DNA of 32,000 bases from an uncultured Chloroflexia bacterium. Lineage in GTDB: Bacteria; Chloroflexota; Ktedonobacteria; Ktedonobacterales; JADMIN01. The notes under the pieces were generated by a model that worked only from the letters and a program-made list of their open reading frames with translations, searched no databases and had not been told where the DNA came from. Below, piece after piece: positions 24,458 to 32,000 of the stretch; positions within the stretch are counted from its first letter, which is position 1, and the number at the start of each line of letters is the position of its first letter. The position numbers and the translations under genes were made by a program. The DNA lies in contig CAVRAI010000014.1 in NCBI GenBank assembly GCA_963718915.1, positions 211,033 through 243,032 of the forward strand, read 5' to 3'.

Positions 24458-24520
24458 CCGGTGTGCAGGTCTGGTGATTTGGGACCGTCGCCTGGTGTCC
24501 TTTTCAGGAGGATTCTCTCC

Positions 24521-26002
24521 ATGGCCTCTGAGGTCGCGCCAGAGTCAACTGCAACAGCTTCGTCTTCGTCGCGCGCCGGTGGTATCTTTGCCACGATCAT
24601 GAATCCCGGGCACCGTGGCAGCAGTCATCGTATTGAGTTCATCGCGGGCCTGACGACCTTCGTCACGATGGCCTACATCATCTTCGTCAACGCCAGCATC
24701 ATGGAGGCGGCGGGGCTGAATTTCGACGCCCTCGTCATCGGCACCATCTTCTGCGCCGTCGTCCCCACGCTCTTCATGGGGATTTGGGCCGATCTGCCGT
24801 GGGCGTTGGCCCCTGGCCTCGGCTATAACGCCCTCTTCGCGTTTACCGTCGTCGGTCAGCGCCACTTCCCGGTGGGCGCGGCGCTCGCGCTCGTCTTCCT
24901 GGATGGCCTCGCCTTCCTGCTGATCGTCGTCGGGCCGTGGCGCGAATCTATCATCAAAGGGATTCCGCTGCCGATCAAGCTGGCCGCTGGCGCTGGCATT
25001 GGCCTGTTCATTGCCTTCATTGGCCTTGCCAATGCGGGCATCATTAAGTTCAGCGCCTTCGCCGACATCAAAGCGGGGCAGACGGTGCCCTTCGGCGACG
25101 CCTTTGGCCTGCCGGGACTGAGCGTGCTCAACGACCCCGTCGTCATCGTGGCCTTCGTCGGGCTGCTGCTGACGGGGCTGCTGATGGCGTGGCGGGTGCG
25201 TGGCGCGCTGCTGATCGGCATCCTGGTGACCACGGCGATTTGCTGGGTCGCATCAATGGTCAACACGTCACTGCGAGGGCAGCTGCTGCCCAACGCTCCG
25301 AAGAATCCTACTGGCGTCAGCAGCTTCATCGCGCTGCCCAACCTGGGCCAGTTCTGGAGCCAGCGCGGCCTGATCGATTTCGGCTCGCTCTTTAGTGGCA
25401 ACCTGGCTACCGGCGCGATCATCCTCTTCTTCGTGACATTCCTCGTCACGGATATGATGGATTCGCTCGGCACCTTCAGCGGCCTGGCCACCAAGCTTGG
25501 CATCCTCGACAAGGAAGGCAACTTCCCGCATTCGGGGCGCGCGCTGATTGTGGACGCCGCCGCTGGCATGTTTGGCCCAATCACCGGCAACGCTACCATC
25601 GCGACATTCATCGAGAGCGCGGCGGGCGAGAGCGAGGGCGGCAAGACTGGCCTCACCTCCGTCTGGGTCGCGATCTTCTTCCTGCTCACGCTCTTCCTGG
25701 TGCCGTTCATTGGGCTGGTGCCGCCGGTGGCGACGGCTCCGGCGCTGATCGTCGTCGGCTTCCTGATGATCGAGCCAATTGTCAAGATCGGCTTCGATAG
25801 CATCACCGATGGCCTGCCCGCTTTCCTGGCGCTGCTGTTCATGCCGCTGACCTACTCCATCGCGGACGGCATGTTCGTCGGCATCGTCAGCTATGTCGTG
25901 CTCAAGACGCTCACCGGCAAGATTCGCGAGGTCAGCTGGATCATGTGGGTCTTTGCCGCGTTGCTCATACTCGCCAAGATACTCGACGCGGCGAGTTTGT
26001 AG
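24521..26002 (+). CDS. NCS2-family (AzgA/PbuG-like) adenine/guanine/hypoxanthine permease
   Basis: IEFIAGLTTFVTMAYIIFVNASIM.. is a typical AzgA N-terminus, with about 13 TM helices. SD AGGAGGA at 24505-24511. I take ATG 24521 as the start rather than the upstream ORF start at 24461. Confidence 0.88.
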   Translation: MASEVAPESTATASSSSRAGGIFATIMNPGHRGSSHRIEFIAGLTTFVTMAYIIFVNASIMEAAGLNFDALVIGTIFCAVVPTLFMGIWADLPWALAPGLGYNALFAFTVVGQRHFPVGAALALVFLDGLAFLLIVVGPWRESIIKGIPLPIKLAAGAGIGLFIAFIGLANAGIIKFSAFADIKAGQTVPFGDAFGLPGLSVLNDPVVIVAFVGLLLTGLLMAWRVRGALLIGILVTTAICWVASMVNTSLRGQLLPNAPKNPTGVSSFIALPNLGQFWSQRGLIDFGSLFSGNLATGAIILFFVTFLVTDMMDSLGTFSGLATKLGILDKEGNFPHSGRALIVDAAAGMFGPITGNATIATFIESAAGESEGGKTGLTSVWVAIFFLLTLFLVPFIGLVPPVATAPALIVVGFLMIEPIVKIGFDSITDGLPAFLALLFMPLTYSIADGMFVGIVSYVVLKTLTGKIREVSWIMWVFAALLILAKILDAASL

Positions 26003-26055
26003 ACCTCTCCCTACCCCCTCCCCTAAAAGGGAGGGGCCGCAAGGGAATTTAGTAG

Positions 26056-26092
26056 TCGCCTCCTGTCACTCGCTGGCAGGGGGCGATTTTTA
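26056..26092 (+). terminator. Rho-independent terminator of the permease gene, overlapping the stop codon of the convergent gene
   Basis: 10-bp stem UCGCCUCCUG / CAGGGGGCGA (one G-U pair), 11-nt loop, then UUUUUA. It is preceded by a REP-like hairpin CCCCTCCC-ctaaaa-GGGAGGGG at 26015-26036. Confidence 0.65.
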
Positions 26093-26731
26093 TGGCATAG
26101 AGGCGTGCTGTGCCGCATAGCGCGCGTGCTCCTCGATGATACGTTGGGCGATGGTGTCGCGGTCGGGGAAACGCTCATCAATTTGCCAGAGCACTGGCAA
26201 TTGCGATGAAACAATTCGGAGTTTGAGGCTAAAGTCAGTGCCATAACGTGAGCTTGTAACTTTCAAACCGACAGACGCCAGCTTGCCATACGGTATGGTG
26301 AAAATACGCCCCTTTTGCGTGCCCTCCCAGGGCCACGATGTTATTCCAGTCGACAGTCCTGAGGGCAGCCTGCCGACACGACCTACGACTCCCTCTGGTG
26401 TGAGTACTAATACTTGTTTTGGCGTTGAATCTGTCTGCGCTAGCAACATGCGGCCCTGGCGTGCAAAGTAGACAGCTAACAACGCGATGAGTATTCCAAG
26501 TGGCAGAAGCACAAAGATCAATGTGCCTGCCCCCCAGATATCTGTTAGGCCTGAAATGACGAGGGAAACCACACCTGAGGCGGCTCCTAGCGCCAAAAAT
26601 AACGCAATGATAATGTAGAGGCTTCCAACGACTCTGAAATACGACTTCCTGGCCCGGTAGACCTTCCATATGTCGGGCGCTGTGCCCGCGTCAACGGTGT
26701 CGAGGATGGCCTGAGGATCGAACGTAGCCAA
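26090..26731 (-). CDS. Hypothetical membrane protein: two TM helices plus a cytoplasmic domain (possibly bacterial PH/DUF304-like)
   Basis: 213-aa ORF with lower G+C and a TTG start. The topology (2 TM helices followed by ..VLVLTPEGVVGR..IFTIPYGKLASVGLKV..) resembles YdbS/YdbT-type proteins. This assignment is weak. Confidence 0.5.
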   Translation of the reverse strand: MATFDPQAILDTVDAGTAPDIWKVYRARKSYFRVVGSLYIIIALFLALGAASGVVSLVISGLTDIWGAGTLIFVLLPLGILIALLAVYFARQGRMLLAQTDSTPKQVLVLTPEGVVGRVGRLPSGLSTGITSWPWEGTQKGRIFTIPYGKLASVGLKVTSSRYGTDFSLKLRIVSSQLPVLWQIDERFPDRDTIAQRIIEEHARYAAQHASMP

Positions 26732-26849
26732 TGCGTCTTGCCTCGTGAGGAGGGAGGAATGGCTGCTCCCTTACCTGTTATACGGCATGCGAAAGGCCCG
26801 GCGCCATACGACACCGGACCTCGAAAATACCACCAAAAATACAGATAAA

Positions 26850-28253
<1,404 letters not shown>

Positions 28254-28497
28254 TTCCCCGCAATCCCTCCTGAAGAACGTCCAACCAGCAGCGAAGGATG
28301 CGCGTCCCGTATCCAGTCATACAGGACGTCATAACGGACGCTCGCCCGCCGCGCGGGCCGTTGCGCCCCATTCACGCCGGGGTTCCCTACCCGGCGCATA
28401 TCCCATCACTCTACTGAAACGAACATCGTCGCAAAACTAAACTTCAAGCGAAAATTGTCCATACAGCCACATGCGTCTTGGCCACTGCTGCTACGTG

Positions 28498-30639
28498 TCA
28501 TCCCCAGATATCCGTCGCCGCGTCGATGGCCCGGCGCTGTGACAAGAGCAGCTTCTTGCGCGTCATCAGCGTGCGCAACGCCTCGTCGTCAGCCTCGCGT
28601 ACCAGATAGTCCAGTTCAGCCATCTCCGCCTTCAATCGCATCCGCTTCAGCCGATAGGCGGCTTTGCTGGCGATTTTCGTGAGTGATGGGCCAGATTCGG
28701 GCAGATTCAATGAGACACGCGCGCCCGCAGCCGCGGCAACCTGGCGTAGCTCTTCAGGCAACATCCCGCTGAATGCATCACCCTGTGCGGATGGGGCTAG
28801 TCTCCCCTCGCGCGTCGCCATCGCGAAGATGGTATAGATCGCGCGCATATCCGCGCTGGTGAAATCGCTCTCATCGAGAATCGCGAAGATATCCATCCAT
28901 GTCGCCGGGTTCGCCGCCAGCAGCCCCACGCAGTATTCCGCCTGCGCCAGTTCCGCCAGCAGTTCGCCCGTCGCCCCGGCAGCGCCTGAAGCTCTATAGT
29001 TGAAGAACGGGCCAGTTGGCGACCCTTCCGCCTCAGAGTACTTTCGTCCGGGTGAGTCGTCAGCAGCGTCTGAATCTGCTTGTCCAGAATCTACCGGGCC
29101 GCGTGACTGTCCGCCCTGCGCGCGCGTCTCGCGATCCAGCCGTCTGCGTGTCTGGGCGAGGTCGCGTTGCACGTCATGCACATCGAGGTGCAGGTGGGCC
29201 GCCAGCCGATCCGCGTATTCGCCGGCCAGCGTGCGATTGCGCACCTCCGCCAGAATCGGCAGCAAGCGGCGCGACGCCTCCATTTTGCCCTGAGGCGTAT
29301 CCAGCGCGAGGTCGGCGGTCTGGGCGGCGATGAGGTATTCGATCAGCGGGGCCGAGTGCTCGATGGCCTGCTGCCAGCCAGCGGGGTCGCGCCGCGCGAA
29401 TTCGTCTGGGTCTTCGTGTGGCGGCAGCTTCGCGACGGTGATCTCGGCGTCCACCTGCTCCTCAAAACTGACGATGCCCCGTGGCGAGCCGCGCTTGCCG
29501 CTGTGCGTCGCCCAGCCCCCTTGCTGCGCGCGCGCGGAATCTGGCGCTGGCCCAGGCACGGGCACGACGACACGGTCGAACGCTTGTTGCGCGACGGTGA
29601 TACCACGCAGGGTGGCCGACTCACCCGCCGCATCGGGATCGAGGGCGAGCGTTACCCGGCGGGTCAGCTTTTTGATCTGGCGGATGTGCTTCTCGGTGAT
29701 GGCGCTGCCGATACAGGCGACGACGTTGCGCGTGCCATACTGGTGCGTCACGACAGCATCCATGTAGCCCTCGACGATGACGATCCGATTGCCACGGCGG
29801 ATGGCGTCGCGGGCGAGATCGAGGCCGTAGAGGGTGGCGCTTTTATCGAAGAGCAGCGTCTGTGGAGTGTTGAGGTACTTGATGTTACTGCCATCCAGCG
29901 CGCGCGCGCCAAAGGCGATGGTCTGGCCGCGTACGTCGCGGATCGGGAAGATCAGTCGATTCCGGAAATAGCCATAGATGCCGCCGCCACGACTCGCCTC
30001 GCGTTCGCGAGCCAGCCCCACCTCGACCAGCTCTTTCTCGCTATAGCCGACGCTCAGCAGATACTGCGTCAGCGCGTCGCCATCGGGCGCGTAGCCGAGC
30101 CGCCACTGCGCGATGGAATCGTTGCTGACGCCGCGCGAGTCAAGGTAGGAGCGGCAATACTGGGCGCTGGTGGACTGGAGCAGTTGGTGGTGGAACCAGA
30201 TGGCGGCGGCTTCGTTGAGCGCGCGCATGCGTTTGCGGGCCGAGGTTTCGGCGGCTTCTTCGGCGCTTTCCGGGCGGCTGCCGCTCTCCAATGGGATACC
30301 CGCGCGTTCGGCAAGTAGCTCCAGCGCCTCGCGGAAGTCGAGCGATTGCTGCTTCTGCACAAAGGTAATGATGTCGCCGCGCTCGCCACAGCCAAAGCAG
30401 TGCCAGTCCTGCTTATCGGGGAAGACGTAGAACGAAGGGGTGCGCTCGCCGTGGAAGGGGCAGAGACCCTTGAAGGCCTTGCCAGACTTCTTCAGCGAAA
30501 CAACCGCCCCAATTTCTTCGACGATGTCGAGCTTCTGCTTAATGCGCTCGATAATGCTCGTTGCGTCCGTTGCCGTGATCCTCTGAGGGATAACCGCCCC
30601 TCTGGTCGCGCTAGATGTGTCAGAAACCGAGACTGACAC
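28498..30639 (-). CDS. dnaG: DNA primase
   Basis: CHC2 zinc finger CPFHGERTPSFYVFPDKQDWHCFGCGERGD. TOPRIM blocks IVIVEGYMDAV and LALDPDAAG. GTG start at 30637-30639. Confidence 0.92.
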   Translation of the reverse strand: MSVSVSDTSSATRGAVIPQRITATDATSIIERIKQKLDIVEEIGAVVSLKKSGKAFKGLCPFHGERTPSFYVFPDKQDWHCFGCGERGDIITFVQKQQSLDFREALELLAERAGIPLESGSRPESAEEAAETSARKRMRALNEAAAIWFHHQLLQSTSAQYCRSYLDSRGVSNDSIAQWRLGYAPDGDALTQYLLSVGYSEKELVEVGLAREREASRGGGIYGYFRNRLIFPIRDVRGQTIAFGARALDGSNIKYLNTPQTLLFDKSATLYGLDLARDAIRRGNRIVIVEGYMDAVVTHQYGTRNVVACIGSAITEKHIRQIKKLTRRVTLALDPDAAGESATLRGITVAQQAFDRVVVPVPGPAPDSARAQQGGWATHSGKRGSPRGIVSFEEQVDAEITVAKLPPHEDPDEFARRDPAGWQQAIEHSAPLIEYLIAAQTADLALDTPQGKMEASRRLLPILAEVRNRTLAGEYADRLAAHLHLDVHDVQRDLAQTRRRLDRETRAQGGQSRGPVDSGQADSDAADDSPGRKYSEAEGSPTGPFFNYRASGAAGATGELLAELAQAEYCVGLLAANPATWMDIFAILDESDFTSADMRAIYTIFAMATREGRLAPSAQGDAFSGMLPEELRQVAAAAGARVSLNLPESGPSLTKIASKAAYRLKRMRLKAEMAELDYLVREADDEALRTLMTRKKLLLSQRRAIDAATDIWG

Positions 30640-30647
30640 GGAAACAC

Positions 30648-31344
30648 TCAGGTGTCGTTGGTATCGCTGGATGCGCTGTCATCATCACGATCACTGGCGC
30701 CGGTCACGCGGCGCGCCACGGCGATGACCAGTCCAATCGCCGCCAGCCCGGCGAGCAATCCGCCGCCCACCAGTGCCGCTCGTCGTAGCCACACGCGCTG
30801 TTCTGGCGCAAGAGCCGCCGCCTTTTGGCATAATGACCACCCGCCCACGTGGCGTGGTGAGGTGACGCATGCTTGCGGGCGAGACTGCCTCGCCGCGTAG
30901 TGCGACGGTGGCGCGGTCACGCAACGCTCCGGCGAAGTGTTCCGCCGAGCCGTTCCACGCGGTTCGGCGCTCGCTGTGCAGTCCCGCCAGCACAGGCGAC
31001 TTGATTTCCCAGTCCGAGGCAACCAGCGTCTGCTCGTCCTGTTGTACGAGGTCGAGCAGCCCATGCCCGCTGAAAGGGCCGTCTGGCCCATGCCCCTCCA
31101 GGTCTGCGCGCAGATGGTTGGGCGATTGCACGGCGCTGAGCGTGAGCATGAGGATGTAGACATCCGCGCCGGGGCCGCGCCGCAGCCGGATTTCGTAGAT
31201 GAGTGGTTGCTCGCCCACGGCCGGACCAAGCTGCACCAGACGCTCGCAGCCCGGAATGATCTGGCCGAGCATGTCCGGGTGCGTCAGGGTGGAAAAAACG
31301 TCTTCGATGGGCGCAGGAAAGATATACGTACCTTCAATACGCAT
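30648..31344 (-). pseudogene. SRPBCC/CoxG-like protein with a C-terminal TM anchor, interrupted by an apparent 1-nt insertion (or sequencing error)
   Basis: Frame A (31344 down to about 30830) reads MRIEGTYIFPAPIEDVFSTLTHPDMLGQIIPGCERL.., which is CoxG-like. The C-terminal TM helix AALVGGGLLAGLAAIGLVIAVA and a stop codon 8 nt before the dnaG start appear only in frame B. The span is 697 nt (3n+1). The A4 run at 30823-30826 is a plausible site. Confidence 0.55.
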
Positions 31345-31365
31345 CCATAGCTCCTCATCGCCTGC

Positions 31366-31899
31366 GGAGACTACCGTCTGGTAGTCTCCAGTATACGCTA
31401 CGCGCTCGCTGAATCGCCAGGTGAGCGCGCACTACAATGACAACACACAGGCATCACGCCTCGGCGTCGGGGCAAAGCAATGCTCCTGGTGACAACTCCC
31501 CACAGCTAAAGCCGGGGGCTTCTAGGCCGAAGCCAGAGACTGTTGCCCCAGTCTCAAAATGTTCAAGCTAGCGTTGTAGTCGCGGTCTAACACCACCCCG
31601 CAACAGGGGCAGGTATAGGTGCGGTTAGCGAGGTCGGAGAGGGAGAGTGGTTGCCGATGGCCACACTGCGAGCAATCCTGAGACGTATACGCAGGGTTCA
31701 CCGCGACATACTGCCGACCGGCCCATGCTGCCTTGTAGGCGATGAGGGCTGCGAACTGACTCCACGCGGCGTCCTGGATACTCTTGGCGAGACAGTGGTT
31801 ATGCACCATTCGGTTGACCGACAAGTCCTCCACCGCTATTAGGTCAAAGATGTCCACGATGCGACGACTGTGCTGATGGGTAAACCGCTGGTTTGTGCG
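31366..31899 (-). mobile_element. tnpB: IS200/IS605-family remnant: 5'-truncated tnpB (C-terminal ~125 codons), the omega-RNA region and a subterminal hairpin
   Basis: ..NQRFTHQHSRRIVDIFDLIAVEDLSVNRM..LAKSIQDAAW..VAVNPAYTSQDCSQCGH..YTCPCCGVVLDRDYNASLNILRLG gives the RuvC E, a zinc finger and the RuvC D. EAPGFS-type text lies just past the stop codon. A perfect hairpin GGAGACTACC-gtct-GGTAGTCTCC lies at 31366-31389. Homology stops at about 31897. Confidence 0.8.
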
Positions 31900-31914
31900 T
31901 AGAAGGAGCCAATC

Positions 31915-32000
31915 ATGGCCGAGCTACCCGCAGTTGTCGTACGGCCTGTCCACGAGAACGACGCCCCCGCCGTCTGGAATATTACCCGCCAGCTGGGGGT
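31915..32000 (+). CDS. Start of a probable GNAT-family N-acetyltransferase (partial, runs off the window)
   Basis: SD GAAGGAG lies 6 nt before ATG 31915. MAELPAVVVRPVHENDAPAVWNITRQLG resembles a typical GNAT N-terminus. Only 28 codons are visible. Confidence 0.4.
   Translation, partial: MAELPAVVVRPVHENDAPAVWNITRQLG

Noticed and set aside
24120-24520. Expected a purine (guanine/adenine) riboswitch upstream of the AzgA-type permease
   Set aside because: I could not find the conserved purine-aptamer junction and loop motifs (UAUA..GGAU..UUUCUACC..CCGUAAAU..). The ykkC-type blocks are present instead.

Overview
High-G+C bacterial chromosomal window. The gene content and intergenic repeat style suggest Chloroflexota, but I cannot verify that without a search. 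About 25 credible protein genes are present. Housekeeping genes: acyl-CoA synthetase, OsmC, pterin-4a-carbinolamine dehydratase, a triple-GAF histidine kinase with a CheY-like receiver, TetR divergent from an FMN-dependent 2-hydroxyacid oxidase, rph, a PIG-L deacetylase, an EamA transporter, an alpha/beta hydrolase, Mog/MoaB, an NCS2/AzgA-type purine permease, and an SRPBCC-dnaG-rpoD cluster. Several orphan genes are interspersed. I found no rRNA, tRNA or CRISPR array. Main observations: (1) At 8062-8394 on the minus strand, a near-consensus promoter and a hairpin terminator bracket five tandem hairpins. Their stems covary and their loop is invariant (GCUGUUU(U)), mostly at a 33-nt period. This is a candidate undescribed multi-hairpin ncRNA. 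(2) A ykkC-family riboswitch-like leader with an overlapping terminator lies upstream of the purine permease and carries an unusually long internal insertion. (3) A decayed defence-like tract at 4009-6415 has an intact TIR ORF, then TPR and FGE-sulfatase modules broken by at least 7 frameshifts, then a 34-codon stub of a reverse-transcriptase gene. (4) A lower-G+C orphan island at about 19555-21175 contains a degenerate second copy of the rph 3' end. (5) Several families of REP/MITE-like palindromic repeats fill the intergenic regions. (6) An IS200/IS605 TnpB remnant abuts the dnaG-rpoD cluster. (7) Single-nucleotide frameshifts interrupt a Pnkp-like 3' end and the SRPBCC gene. All family assignments rest on motif recognition from memory, not on database searches.
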